Source of the DNA: Eledone cirrhosa
Taxonomy: Eukaryota
NCBI GenBank assembly: GCA_964016885.1
Contig: OZ024751.1
Span: 39,432,001 to 39,496,000 of the forward strand
DNA length: 64,000 nucleotides
Direction of reading: 5' to 3'
Every line of letters starts with the position of its first letter. Position 1 is the first letter of the stretch. The notes below the pieces were generated by a model. That model saw only the letters and a program-made list of their open reading frames with translations, was not told the DNA's origin and searched no databases. This document shows positions 30,329 to 43,470 of this stretch, piece by piece. The position numbers and the translations under genes were made by a program.

Positions 30329-31209
30329 CAGTAGTCATTATTATTAACACCCTGGTTCTAAGAAGTGTATTAGAGTTATTATTGTGAGGAAGTACAGAGA
30401 CTTTCACAATTAGCGACAACTTAGACTGGTTTTAGGGTGACTGCTATTTATTGCTTAGCCCTGGGGTATGATGAACTTAGCCCTGGGGTATGATGAACTT
30501 TGGTTATGCCTCCTGGCTTATATAGACACATACATATTTGATGACACACAGAGACATACACACACACATACATGCTGATAGATAGACATGCACACAGACA
30601 TACACACAGAGACATACACACAGAGACAGACACACACACACATACATACATGCTGATAGACATACACACAGACATACACACAGAGACAGACACACACACA
30701 CATACATACATGCTGATAGATAGACATACACACAGACATACACACAGAGACAGACACACACACAGAGACATACACACATACATACATGCTGATAGATAGA
30801 CATACACACAGAGACAGACACACACACAGAGATATACACACATACATACATGCTGATAGATAGACATACACACAGAGACATAGACACACACACAGACAGA
30901 CACACACACATACACACAGAGATACACACACACACACAGTCACATACCTACTGATAGACACACACACAGACACAACACACAGACACAACACACAGACACA
31001 ACACACAGACACAACACACACACATAGGCATACATACATACACACAAACAATCACACACACACACATGGACATACACACACACACACACACATATATAGG
31101 CATGCATACACTCAAATAATTATTACTGATTAAACATCAAGTATAAGTAAACCAAACTACTACTACTACTACTACTACAACTATTACTACTACTACAACT
31201 ATTACTACA

Positions 31210-31243
<34 letters not shown>

Positions 31244-31354
31244 TCACCAATACCACCACCATAGTTGGTGATAGTAGTAGTAGTAGTAGTACTGGTGGTG
31301 GTGTTTGATTTCTTTAGTTATTAAGAACTACCATACATATATATATATACATAT

Positions 31355-31450
<96 letters not shown>

Positions 31451-31691
31451 ATATATAGATATATATATATATATGGTTATCAAGGAACCACCTCTCACCA
31501 CTGCCACCTCCACCCTTACAGCCACTGCCCCCCCCCCCCCCACTACTATCATCACTACCACCCACCCCCACCATAGCCATACCCCCACTACTATCATCAC
31601 TCCACCAACACTACCAGCTCACACTCCCCACCATCACCACCAGTGAGGGACAACTCAACATTGATTGTAGGAGGGCAAGGAGTCAGGTAGG

Positions 31692-31743
<52 letters not shown>

Positions 31744-32938
31744 GAGGGAGAGAGAGAGAGAACCAATCACCCTCACCATTCTACAGTTGTGGTACTACAA
31801 CATTAACACTACCACAGAGAGAGAGAGAGAGAGAGGGGGGGGGGAGAAGTAGTCCCATTGATTCTTACTAAATATCTTCGTCATTATTTTATTGGAAACC
31901 TCCACCATTACTTTCTACCAAGGTGCCAACAAACTTAATGAGTTTTGGTGGCAGATTCACAACCAGACATTGAAATATAATTTTGTTTCGTTTAACCTTT
32001 TCGATACCAACGTGCCCAAAACTGTTTCTGATTCTATGGAACAAAATCATTCATATAAAAGATACCTGTATAAATTAAAATCTTCCAACATAATTTTATA
32101 CCAGCCAAGCCAAAACTACCTCTGGTTCTATTGAAGAAAACCATCCACTTCAAGAATCCTTATATAAATCTGTGCTGACATAGTCTCCTAAAATGTCTTT
32201 TCTTTTGACAAAGGGATTTCTCTACCGAAATATAAAGGGCTAATTACATATTTCCAAGACTATACTCCAACACTTTTGTATGCCTTAGTTTTAATATTTA
32301 ATGTTCTATTTGCATTGCTATAGCCCTCTAAGCCACTGCTTTCTTTATTTCTTAGTGTTTTATAATGTAACACATTCTTCCAATGAACTATGACAATTCA
32401 ATATTTCATCCCTGCTGTCTTCTCTTCATCCCTGCTGTCTTCTCTTCAGCTTTAACATTTATTTGATATTCTAGTGAAGGTACATAGCCAAGAAGTTACA
32501 GTGCTTTGTTCACAATTCTGTCGTTGAACAGAGTGAAATAAATGAGAAGTAGTGACAGCTAGGAGTTAACTCTGTGGCAGACAGGTATTCTATCCTGGGG
32601 CATAAAAGGAGTCTTGTATATTGTCAGTCCCCTAACACCCACAAAACTGAAATAAGTTCCCAGGCTTTAAACCAATCCATAAAATCATGGACAAAAATCC
32701 TGAATGTAAAACAATATATATATTATATGTACTTTTCTCAACCTGATTAGCTCTATCGTTACTTTGGTATATATTGTGTGTTAGTTTCGCCTACCACAAT
32801 GTTCTATTTGTCAAGCTATTTAAATGTATGTTATTACTCTAAGGTCCTATCTTATTGAGTGCTTTGCTAACTCATCATTTCATATAAGTAGGCCGAATTT
32901 ACTTGCAAACCGCCAGAGATTCGATTTTACTGATTTCC

Positions 32939-33025
<87 letters not shown>

Positions 33026-33127
33026 CAGTCCTATGCGAGCAAGATAACCACTCTTGCCTCAAGTGAGAAAACTTCCATCCAAACCCATGCAACTATCGAA
33101 GATGGACGTTAAACGATGATGATGATG

Positions 33128-33165
<38 letters not shown>

Positions 33166-33176
33166 ATATACAGACA

Positions 33177-33319
33177 TAGGAAAAGAGTCAGGACCCCGAC
33201 GGCTGAGCTCCGGCCATTTCAACAGCTAGGTCCGATATATATGTATGTATATATATATATCGGACCTAGCTGTTGAAATGGCCGGAGCTCAGCTGTCGGG
33301 GTCCTGACTCTTATCCTAT
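33177..33319. mobile_element. Family H1 variant: symmetric hairpin with TA-rich loop
   Basis: taggaaaagagtcaggaccccgacggctgagctccggccatttcaacagctaggtccga and its near-perfect reverse complement. Confidence 0.7.
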
Positions 33320-34038
33320 ATATATATATACACATATATATAATGTATGTATGTATCCATACACAGATACACAAACAAACACATACATATGCCTATATAT
33401 ATATATATATATATATCATTTATTCTTTGCCAGGTAAATCTTTGAGTAAAGACAGTAGATAAATCTTACTGCTAAAGCCTGGGGCATTCTTAGAATAATT
33501 CCAAGTAAAGTATATCCCATTGAAATAGAGATACTGAAGATCTGAAGCTGCGCATCTATCTGGATCGGAATCCATCAAAACAGTCCTCATGATTCGCTAC
33601 AACCAAATCCCTACATATCAGCCAGCTAAAAGAGAGCAATTAGTTTATTTGATTGGATTTTAATGGAGCTTCTTGAAGCAAAGTCATTTGATAAACAAAT
33701 CCGAGATTTATAAGATTTTTCTAGCTTAAAGTCTTCCCTAAGCCTGTGTTGTCCTCTTCTTCATCAAATATCGTTGGCTCTCTTTTGCTCTCCTTCCATA
33801 TTGTAATGAAGGAAGTCAAGAACTAGGAACCAAATGAAATGAAGAGAGAGAGAGGGGGTGAGGGAGAGAGAGAGGAGAGAGATGGGAGGATAAGGAAGAA
33901 AGAGAGAGAGAGGAAGGGTGAGGAAGTAAGTAATAAATTCAAGATCCAGTTAGAGAAAGAGAATGAGAAAGAGAGAGGGAGAGAGAGAGAGAGAGAAAGT
34001 GAGAGGGTGAGAAAGAGAGAGGGAGAGAAAGAGAGAGG

Positions 34039-34070
<32 letters not shown>

Positions 34071-35054
34071 AAGAAAGATAGAGAGAGAGACTATTAAGCA
34101 GAATCAGAGATTTATCTTTGTGACAGACAATCCACGTAACAAGAGAGACAAAAAGACATATATAAGAATAGAGAGAGAGAGAGACTATAGTAGAGAGAAA
34201 TAGAATCCAAATAAGGAGAGAGAGAGGGGGTGGGGAGAGAGAGTGTGAGGGTTGAAGGAAGGGAAAAGATATAGGGAAGAGGGACAGGGAGAGTAAGAGA
34301 GAGAGATAAAGACTATAATAGAGTCATATCATGACCACAACTACCACCATCACATGACCACCACCATCATCACCACCACATCATCACCACCTTCACCACC
34401 ACCATCACATGACCACCACCATCATCACCGCCACCACCATCATCATCATCTTCACCACCACCATCACCATCTTCACCACCACTGCACTACCACCATCATC
34501 ACTACCACCATCATCATCATCACCACCACCATCATCAATATCACCTTCACCACCATCATCACCATCTTTACCTCCACATCATCACCACCAACATCATCAC
34601 CATCACCACCATTACCACCACATCACCACCACCCTCATCATTACCACCACACTCATCATCACCACCACTATCATCATCATCATGTGACCAAAATCCTATT
34701 CCATATCCGATAATGTCTCAAGTCAGTTTTCTCTCTCCAAATTGCACTGACACACTTTCTAAATGCAGGCACATAGAGATACACACATACACACACATAC
34801 ACACACATACACACACACCATCATCATCATCATCATTTAACGTCCATCTTCCACGCTAGCATGGATTAGACGGGGGGGGGGGTTGTCCCACTTGAAGCAA
34901 GGTTGGTCGGGTGACCTTGTCTCGCTCATATAGGACTGTCTGGCAGGTTTTCTACGGCTGGATGCCCTTCCTAACACCAACCACATTTACAGTGTGGACT
35001 GGCAACTTTTTACTGTGTTTCCTACACGGCCACATTGCAGCATGATATATCTAT

Positions 35055-35310
35055 CTAAGGCGGGTAAAATTCCCGAGATCCATGGACGAGTTCTCTCCAG
35101 CGGTCTCTGTCCCTCATTATCACTGCCATGTCCTGCGTCTCCAACAGACCAGTGTCTGTCCTTAGGGCATCAACATACGTTAACCTTGGTCTTCCTCTTC
35201 TAGTGTGTCCATGTAGGGGCTCCCACAGGAGCACTGAGTGCAATGTCAACTCTGGATGTCGGTGAGCATGTCCAGCTAACCTCAGTCTCCTGAGAATGCT
35301 GAGGATGGCT
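35055..35310 (-). mobile_element. 3' coding fragment of a different RTE-like LINE
   Basis: RRLRLAGHAHRHPEL..VLLWEP..RRGRPRLTYVD.L..DTG. Confidence 0.8.
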
Positions 35311-35685
35311 CTGAACATTAATCAGTATACACTGAGGATGAAAAACTCAGAGCTGCATGGGAGCATCCCAAAAGTCAGCTCAAAAGTGATACAGAGCATG
35401 ATATATATATATATATAATTGTTTCTACTTTTGGTACAAGGCCAGCAATTATACCAATGTATTACTGGTACTTTATATATATATAATGTATGTATTTATG
35501 TAAATATGTACGACTTCTTTTTCTGTTTGTAAGGGTCGTCACCCTATATTATAAGCTACTTTATAACATCTCTGCGCAAGAGAACATCGTTCTTTATATT
35601 AACTTTATCTTCTCAGCACTTTGTAGAAGTCCAGGAGATCAGCTATGTTTATATGTATACACATACATGTTGTTTATATATAATA

Positions 35686-36206
35686 CAACTAGCACCACCA
35701 CTACCACCAGCACCACTACAAACACCACCACTACTACAACTACTACCACCACCACTACCACCAGCACCTCCACCACCACCACTACAAACACCACAACCAC
35801 CAGCACCACTACAAACACCATCACTACTACAACTACCACCAGCACCACTACCACCAGCACCACTACAAACACCACAACCACCAGCACCACTACAAACACC
35901 ACCACTACTACAACTACTACCACCACCACTACCACCAGCACCTCCACCAGCACCACTACAAACACCACCACTACCACCAGCACCTCCACCAGCACAAACA
36001 CCACCACTACTACAACTACTACCACCACCACTACCACCAGCACCTCCACCAGCACCACTACAAACACTACAACCACCACCACCACTACAAACACCACCAC
36101 TGCTACCACCACCACCACCACTACAAACACTACAACCACCACCACCACTGCTACCACCACCACCACCACTACCACCACCACCACCACCACCACCACCACC
36201 ACCACC
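35686..36206. repeat. (ACC/ACT)n compound trinucleotide repeat
   Basis: Seen directly. Confidence 0.95.
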
Positions 36207-36752
36207 AATCTCACCCCTACACATAACTAAATGAAAAAAAAAAAAGAAAATTCTTTAAAAAATAATACAATCACTCCTACCCCCACCTATCTGAGAACTC
36301 CCCCTTCACACCCCAGTCCCTATTGCCAAGGACATCCACCACCCAGCTCCTCCCCCCACACACACAATCCCTGCTGCAAAGGACCTCATCTCTCAGTCCT
36401 GTTCCATGCAACCCCACTCCACCAGCCACTACTGCTAAGACACCTCACCACCAACACAGTGCTCCCCCCAGACCCCAGTCCCTACAACCACGGACCCCCA
36501 CCACCACCATCACACACTCCAGCCCCACCCAGTCTCTACTGCCAAGGACACCACACCACCACCACCATCACACACTCCACCCCCACTCTAGTCCCTACTG
36601 CCAAGGACACAGTCTCCCACCCTACAGTCCTCTCCCACCCTATTGTTATTCCAAGAAATAACCAGACAAAAGACAAAGGAAAGATATTTATATAAAAAAA
36701 AACAAAAGAGTTGAGTTAGTTTCTGGACTTGAGAGTTGGACAGTGAGTTGTT

Positions 36753-37195
36753 ATGGTGGAGGTGGTGGTGGTGGTGGTGGTGGTGGTGGTGGTGGTGGTG
36801 GTGGTAGTAGTAGTGGTGGTGGTGGTGGTAGTAGTAGTGGTGATGGTGGTGGTGTTGATGGTAGTAGTGGTGGTGTTGGTAGTAGTGGTGATGGTGGTGG
36901 TGGTGGTGATAGTGGTGATGGTGATGGTGGTGGTGTTGTTGTTGTTGGTGGTGGTGCTGGTGTTGGTGGTAGAGGTGATGGTGGTGGTGGTGGTGATGGT
37001 GGTGGTGGTGGTGGTGATGATGGTGGTGGTGGTGTTGTTGTTGTTGGTGGTGGTGGTGGTGGTGGTGGTGGTGGTGGTGGTGGTGGTGGTAGTGTTGGTG
37101 GTGGTGGTGATGGTAGTAGTGGTGGTGGTGGTGATAGTGGTGATGGTGGTGGTGGTGTTGTTGTTGGTGGTGGTGGTAGAGGTGGTGTTGGTGGA
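36753..37195. repeat. (GGT)n compound trinucleotide repeat
   Basis: Seen directly. Confidence 0.95.
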
Positions 37196-37473
37196 GAGAA
37201 GGAAATTGTGTGTGAGAGAGACAGTGCTAAGTGTATTTAAAACAATAGAGTGGTTTGATAAAAACTGAAACCTTGTCTTCCTCATCACATACCACCCACT
37301 TAACCCAGACACCACAATATATATATATTACTGGCAGTATGGCCCTCCCAGAATATAATAATAATAATAATAATAATAATGAAATTATTGTGTAAAGTGC
37401 TCAGGTGCACTACAACTTGTCAATATGTATATATTTAGTAAATGAAAAGAAAAACACATGGGATTGAATATAT

Positions 37474-40400
37474 ATCATCATCATCATCATCATCACCGTT
37501 TTACGTCCGTTCTTCCACGCTAGCATGGGTTAGACGGGTTGTCCTGTTGTGGGCAGTGTCTGGTCGGCTGACCATGCCTTGCTCATACAGGAACTGATCT
37601 GGCTTGATTTCTACAGCTGGATGCCCATCCTAACACCAACCTCATTTACAGTGAGTGCTGGGTGCTTTTTCGTGGCGCCTACACGTCCACTTTACAGTGT
37701 GGGCTGGGTGCTTTTTTGCCGTGGCACCTCCACGACCACCTTGCGGTGGGGGGGGGGGCATATTGTTTATATGCTTCAGCATGTACCCATGGGAGGTCGG
37801 GTACCCTGTATTACTGCGTGACGCCAGAAGTCACGGTCGTGTGTCATTGACTTTGAGAGGTGTAGTTGGGTAAGGTCGGCTTTTATCACCTCATCCCAAG
37901 TCATCTTGGGTCTCCCCACTCCGCGGTTTCCATCAACTTCTAGTGCTCTGCACCTTTTTATGCAGCTGTCATCCTTCATACGCATCACATGTCCATACCA
38001 GCGTAACCGCCTCTCCTGCACGCAGCATTTGATTCCTCTTATGCTCAGTCTCTCTCTCAATTCATTTATGCTTTGTCGTTCACGTATATTACTGTTACAC
38101 ATCCATCGGAGCATGCAGGCTTCGTTTCTCTCTAATCTACGTAAGTCTTCCACCTTCAGCGCCCAGGTCTCACTACCATGCAACATCGCTGTTCGGATAC
38201 ACGCATCATACAGTCTGCCTTTCATTCTGAGGGAGAAGCCTTTTGCAGCTAGCAGTGGTAGTAGTTCCCTAAACTTCTTCCATCCCGTTCTTACCCTAGT
38301 TATTGTACTTTCTGAGCACCCACCTCCGTTGCTAATTCGGTCACCTAGGTAGCAGAAGCTGTCTACTGTTTCTACAGGGCCCTCCCAGAGATTGGTGGTA
38401 CTTGTTTCCTGTGGCTGTTTGCTTGCTGTTTCAGCACAGCTGCTGCATGTGAATCCTACATTCTTAATTAAGCTTCCTGAGATCCCGCTACATCTCTTGT
38501 GTACCCATTGTTTGCATTTGGGGCAAAGAATGGAGTTCCTACCTACACCTTTCCTACATACTGAGCAAGGCCATTTCCCTGAGGGGATCTGGGTTCTGTT
38601 TTCTCGTCTACTTATAAGGACCTTAGTCTTTGTCATGTTGACTTTGAGGCCCTTTCTCTCTAGTCCCTGCTTCCAGGTTTGGAATTTATTCTCTAGTTCC
38701 ACCATAGATTCAGCTATGAGTGCGAGGTCATCAGCATACAGGAGTTCCCATGGGCATCCGGTCTTAAACTCCTCCGTTATTGCCTGCAGGACTATGATGA
38801 ACAGGAGAGGGCTAAGAACAGAGCCCTGGTGGACCCCAACCTGTACGCTAAATTCCTCGCTATACTCATTGCCAATCCTAACTTTGCTGACTGCTCCCCT
38901 ATACATGGCTTGTACCGCTTTCACAAGCCATTCATCTACTCCTAGTTTTCTAAGAGCCCACCAGATTACTGCACGTGGAACTCTGTCAAAGGCTTTCTCA
39001 AGGTCGACAAATGCCAAGTAGAGTGGCTTACTTTTAGCTAGGTACTTTTCCTGTAATTGCCTCACAAGGAAGAGCGCATCAGTGGTGCCTTTCCCTGGTA
39101 CAAACCCAAATTGCATCTCGTCTATATTCACCCGGTCCCTAATCAGCTGTGCTATAACTCTTTCTGTTACTTTCATGACCTGGTCCATCAACTTTATACC
39201 TCTATAGTTTCCTCTATCTAGTGCATCGCCTTTACCTTTGTAGCAGTTGACAATGATGCTACTGCACCAATCTTTTGGTATGGCCCCCTCTAGTATTACC
39301 TGGTTAACAATACGTGTGGTTATAGTGTGACCTACAGACCCAGATGCCTTCAGCATCTCGGCAGCTATACCCGATGGACCGGTTGCCTTCCCTATCTTCA
39401 TATCTCTGATTGCCTTACTTACTACGCTGCCGCTGACTTGTACTGCTGGTCCCTCTATAGGGTCTACGTGGGGTAGGGTCTCTTCTTCCCATGCATTCTC
39501 CTCATTTAGTAATCTATCATAATGACTCTTCCATGCATCTTTCTTCTCAGCACTTGTGAGGGCAAGCTCACCTTTATCATTCCGGATACACTTCTCTCCA
39601 ATGACATCACAACTATCTCTGACACACTGCCTCGCAATCTTGAATACCTCCTGTTTCTGGTCCTCACGTTGTAAAACATGCTTGAATTTTCTATCCTCTG
39701 CTTCCCTCCTAGCTAAGTATACTTGTCGCCTAGCTTCCCTCTTGGTCTCTATGTAATGTACCCTGCTCCCCCCGTTCTTCCATTCTTTCCATGCCTGTCT
39801 CTTGGCCTTGACTGCTTCATCTACCTTATTGTTCCACCACCAAGTCACTCTCCTCCTGCTTGAGGTCTTACTCCAGCCACAAACCTCATCCGTCGCCTCT
39901 AGTAAGTTATTTTTTAGGAACTCCCAGTTCTCTTCTACGTTAAATGTCTCTATCTGTTCTTCTTTACTGTCGTAGGCGTTGAGTAAAATATCTTTAAATC
40001 TGTTACTGGTTGAGGGGACTTTCAGCTTCCAGATCTTTCTTCTCCAGGTTGGCCTCTGTTTCAGGGCTCGTCTAGTTCTGACCGTGAGGTCGCTGACAAC
40101 TAAGCTATGTTGGGATGTACATTCCTCACTAGGGAAGGCTTTTGTGTTTACGACCGTCCATCTGTCACGTCCTCTGATGAGGATAAAATCTAACTGACTA
40201 GAGTGCTCCCCTGATCTATAGGTGATCAGGTGGTTGTCGGGTTTTTTAAAGTTTGTGTTACATATCGACATGTCATTGGCGTCGCAGAATTCTAGAAATC
40301 TGAATCCTTCCTCATTCCTTGTGCCAACTCCATGGCCTCCATGTACTCTATTGAAGCCGTCGCAGTGTTTACCTACGTGTCCGTTAAAATCTCCTGCAAT

Positions 40401-40664
40401 GATTAGGAAGTCCTTGTCGTCTGTTAGAGCAGTAGTGTGTATTAGGGACTCGTAAAACCTATCCTTAAGTTCGTCTGGCAGCCCCGATTGGGGTGCGTAA
40501 GCTGATATTATTGTGGTAATTGTCTTATTCAGGACTAGTCTGAGTTTAATGATTCTTGCATTTACCCTGTACACTGAGATTACTTTATCTACCCACTTGT
40601 CAGCTAATAGTATACCTACACCACCCATCCCATCGTCATTTCCCACCCAGAAAAATTTGTAGCA
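37474..40664 (-). mobile_element. RTE-clade LINE, copy 2, 5'-truncated within the endonuclease, flanked by (TA)n
   Basis: (GAT)n tail at 37474-37495, 3' UTR, long intact ORF; the 5' end abuts a TA tract. Confidence 0.95.
37776..40664 (-). CDS. RTE ORF: AP-like endonuclease (N-truncated) + reverse transcriptase with PHD finger
   Basis: APE motifs ISAYAPQ, IIAGDFNGHVG, SQLDFILI, SQHSLV; RT motifs incl. YADD; uninterrupted for about 960 codons but lacks its true start. Confidence 0.93.
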   Translation of the reverse strand, partial: CYKFFWVGNDDGMGGVGILLADKWVDKVISVYRVNARIIKLRLVLNKTITTIISAYAPQSGLPDELKDRFYESLIHTTALTDDKDFLIIAGDFNGHVGKHCDGFNRVHGGHGVGTRNEEGFRFLEFCDANDMSICNTNFKKPDNHLITYRSGEHSSQLDFILIRGRDRWTVVNTKAFPSEECTSQHSLVVSDLTVRTRRALKQRPTWRRKIWKLKVPSTSNRFKDILLNAYDSKEEQIETFNVEENWEFLKNNLLEATDEVCGWSKTSSRRRVTWWWNNKVDEAVKAKRQAWKEWKNGGSRVHYIETKREARRQVYLARREAEDRKFKHVLQREDQKQEVFKIARQCVRDSCDVIGEKCIRNDKGELALTSAEKKDAWKSHYDRLLNEENAWEEETLPHVDPIEGPAVQVSGSVVSKAIRDMKIGKATGPSGIAAEMLKASGSVGHTITTRIVNQVILEGAIPKDWCSSIIVNCYKGKGDALDRGNYRGIKLMDQVMKVTERVIAQLIRDRVNIDEMQFGFVPGKGTTDALFLVRQLQEKYLAKSKPLYLAFVDLEKAFDRVPRAVIWWALRKLGVDEWLVKAVQAMYRGAVSKVRIGNEYSEEFSVQVGVHQGSVLSPLLFIIVLQAITEEFKTGCPWELLYADDLALIAESMVELENKFQTWKQGLERKGLKVNMTKTKVLISRRENRTQIPSGKWPCSVCRKGVGRNSILCPKCKQWVHKRCSGISGSLIKNVGFTCSSCAETASKQPQETSTTNLWEGPVETVDSFCYLGDRISNGGGCSESTITRVRTGWKKFRELLPLLAAKGFSLRMKGRLYDACIRTAMLHGSETWALKVEDLRRLERNEACMLRWMCNSNIRERQSINELRERLSIRGIKCCVQERRLRWYGHVMRMKDDSCIKRCRALEVDGNRGVGRPKMTWDEVIKADLTQLHLSKSMTHDRDFWRHAVIQGTRPPMGTC

Positions 40665-40945
40665 TATATATATATATATATATATATCAATATATATCAA
40701 TATATATATATATATATATATATATATCAATATAGTCCAGAATTAGCCGTCGAAGCGGCTTGAGCTCAGCCGTCGGGGTCTTACTGGTTCCTATTACCCA
40801 CTCTACTACCCCAAGTATTGAGTACTTTGGTGCGTTATGGTCCACCTGGTTCCTTACCACATTTCTTTCATTATATATCAATATATATATATATATATAT
40901 ATAGATAGATATCAATATATATAATATATATATATAGATCAATAA

Positions 40946-40980
<35 letters not shown>

Positions 40981-40983
<3 letters not shown>

Positions 40984-41317
40984 TTTCATTTCATTTTACG
41001 TCCGCTTTTTCCCTGTTTGCAAGGGTGGGATGGGAACTGATTCTGGCTTGATTTCTACAGCTGGATGCCCTTCCTAACACCAACCTCATTTACAGTGAGT
41101 GCTGGGTGCTTTTTTGCCGTGGCACCTCCACGACCATTTTGCAGTGGAATGATAGGGACCCCAGTCCCTATCATCTCATTTCTACAGCTGAGTAAACTGG
41201 AGCAATGTGAAATAAAGTGTTTTGCTCAAGGAAACAACACATCACCCGGTCTGAGAATTGAACTCACAACCTTTCGATTGCAAGGCCAATGCTCTAACCA
41301 CTAAGCCATGTGCCTCC
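40981..41317 (-). mobile_element. CORE-like/RTE-tail SINE, full length
   Basis: Reverse complement of the 21840-22180 family. Confidence 0.88.
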
Positions 41318-41516
41318 ATTATATATATACACACCATGTGCCTCTATTATATATATATATATATATATCAATAAATATATATATATATATCAATAAATAT
41401 ATATATATCAATAAATATATATATATATATCAATAAATATATATATATCAATAAATATATATATATATCAATAAATAAATATATATATCAATAAATAAAT
41501 TTATATATATATATAA

Positions 41517-41823
41517 TCGAAAGGTTGTGAGTTCAATTCTCAGACCGGGTGATGCGTTGTTTCCTTGAGCAAGACACTTTATTTCACATTGCTCCAGTTT
41601 ACTCAGCTGTAGAAATGAGATGATAGGGACTGTGGTCCCTATCATTCCACTGCAAAGTGGTCGTGGAGGTGCCACGGCAAAAAAGCACCCAGCACTCACT
41701 GTAAATGAGGTTGGTGTTAGGAAGGGCATCCAGCTGTAGAAATCAAGCCAGCATCAGTTCCCGTCCCACCCTTGCAAGCAGGGAAAAAGCGGACGTAAAA
41801 TGAAATGATGATGATGATGATGA
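41517..41823 (+). mobile_element. CORE-like/RTE-tail SINE, slightly 5'-truncated
   Basis: Same family; further copies at 44828-45153 and 46835-47110. Confidence 0.88.
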
Positions 41824-41927
41824 TATATATATATTTCGTTTCTGAATTTGTTTAGCAAGATTCTTTATCTGAAAACGTGTGTTGAAACCGATATTGTTAT
41901 GCTTTCAATAAATATATATATATATCA

Positions 41928-41980
<53 letters not shown>

Positions 41981-42006
41981 GTATATATATATATATATAT
42001 ATATTT

Positions 42007-42306
42007 ATATTTATTAAAATAACAGATTAAAGTTTAAGCAAAGAGTCGCTAGCGAACGTTACCACGAACCAAAGTATCGTCTTCCTGTCTTCCTCCGGTT
42101 ACAACGTTTTTTGAAATATCCAGTTCTGCGTTTACAGATTGACTTTGTTAGTTTCAGAAGATACTGTTAAGGGTGAAAGCAGTGACTCTTTGCTTAAACT
42201 TTAATCTGTTATTTTAATAAATATTTGCTCTACGGTTCTTATATATTTGATATATATTTTCCTTATCGAGCCCTCTTTGGATTTTAGTCTTCAATTTGAT
42301 TATTAT

Positions 42307-42310
<4 letters not shown>
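42007..42310 (+). mobile_element. Fold-back Penelope-like element, family H2, second copy
   Basis: Arms 42007-42050 / 42181-42224 plus the same tail as 19806-19892; TA tracts both sides. Confidence 0.7.
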
Positions 42311-42354
<44 letters not shown>

Positions 42355-42719
42355 TACATTAGATTAGGTTAGGTTGGGCTGGGTTTGGTTTTCAGCTGGT
42401 TTCAGTGTACAATAGGTGAAAAATCCTTCAAGAATCTCTGGGAATTGATTCGTCCATTTAAAAGACTCATCTTCCAACTCCAAGCAAGATTCTTTCTACT
42501 CCAGAAGAAAATATCATTTGACAAGAGAGATCTATGATAGAATGCAGAGCCGAACATTATTACCAATGGTAAATTAATGACTGCAACACTTTCTCAGAGT
42601 GCTATAAGAAATAATACATATTAAGGCCAGGCTATTATTTCTTCTTGTTGTTGTTGCTGGTGTTTACCAATAAAACAAAGGATTTTATTGAGTTATAGAG
42701 TTTGGCTGTGTGTTATGTG

Positions 42720-43470
42720 TATGTGTGGTGGGAGTTGTGTATGTATGTGTGTGTGTGTTTCATATGTCTGTCTGTGTGAGTGTCTGAGGGTGTATGTGTA
42801 TGTGCACATATATGTAAAAATGTATGCGAGCATTTACATGTGTGTGAGTGTATATGTGTGTGCATGCAAATGTGTGTATATATATGAAAATGTGTGCAAA
42901 TGCATGTGTATATATATATATATATATATATGCGTGTGTGTGTGTGTGTACATGTATGTGTGTGTATGTGTGTGTGTGTGTGCGTGCGTGTGTGCGTGTA
43001 TGTGTGTGTATGTGTGTGTATGTGTGTGTATGTGTGTGTATGTGTTTGTGTGTGTATGTGTGTGTATGTGTTTGTGTGTGTATGTGTTTGTGTGTGTATG
43101 TGTTTGTGTGTATGTGTTTGTGTGTGTTTGTGTGTGTATGTGTTTGTGTGTGTGTGTGTTTGTGTGTATGTGTGTTTGTGTGTGTGTGTGTGTGTGTGTA
43201 TGAGTGTGTATGTGTTTGTGTATGTGTTTGTGTGTGTTTGTGTGTGTTTGTGTGTGTTTGTGTGTGTATGTGTGTGTGTGTGTGTTTTTGTGTGTATGTG
43301 TTTGTGTGTATGTGTGTATGTGTCTGTTTATGTGTGTGTGTGTATGTGTGTGTATGTGTTTGTGTGTGTGTATGTGTTTGTGTGTGTATGCATTTGTGTG
43401 TGTATGTGTTTGTGTGTGTATGTGTGTGTGTTTGTGTGTGTATGTGTTTGTGTTTGTGTGAACATGTGTG
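42720..43470. repeat. (GT)n compound microsatellite
   Basis: Seen directly. Confidence 0.95.

Noticed and set aside
35490-37315. Mucin-, extensin- or glycine-rich-like ORFs
   Set aside because: Trinucleotide repeats open in several frames on both strands; no splice or domain support.
40665-40730. N-terminus of the 984-aa ORF
   Set aside because: It is the flanking TA tract read in frame; the element is 5'-truncated with no real start.
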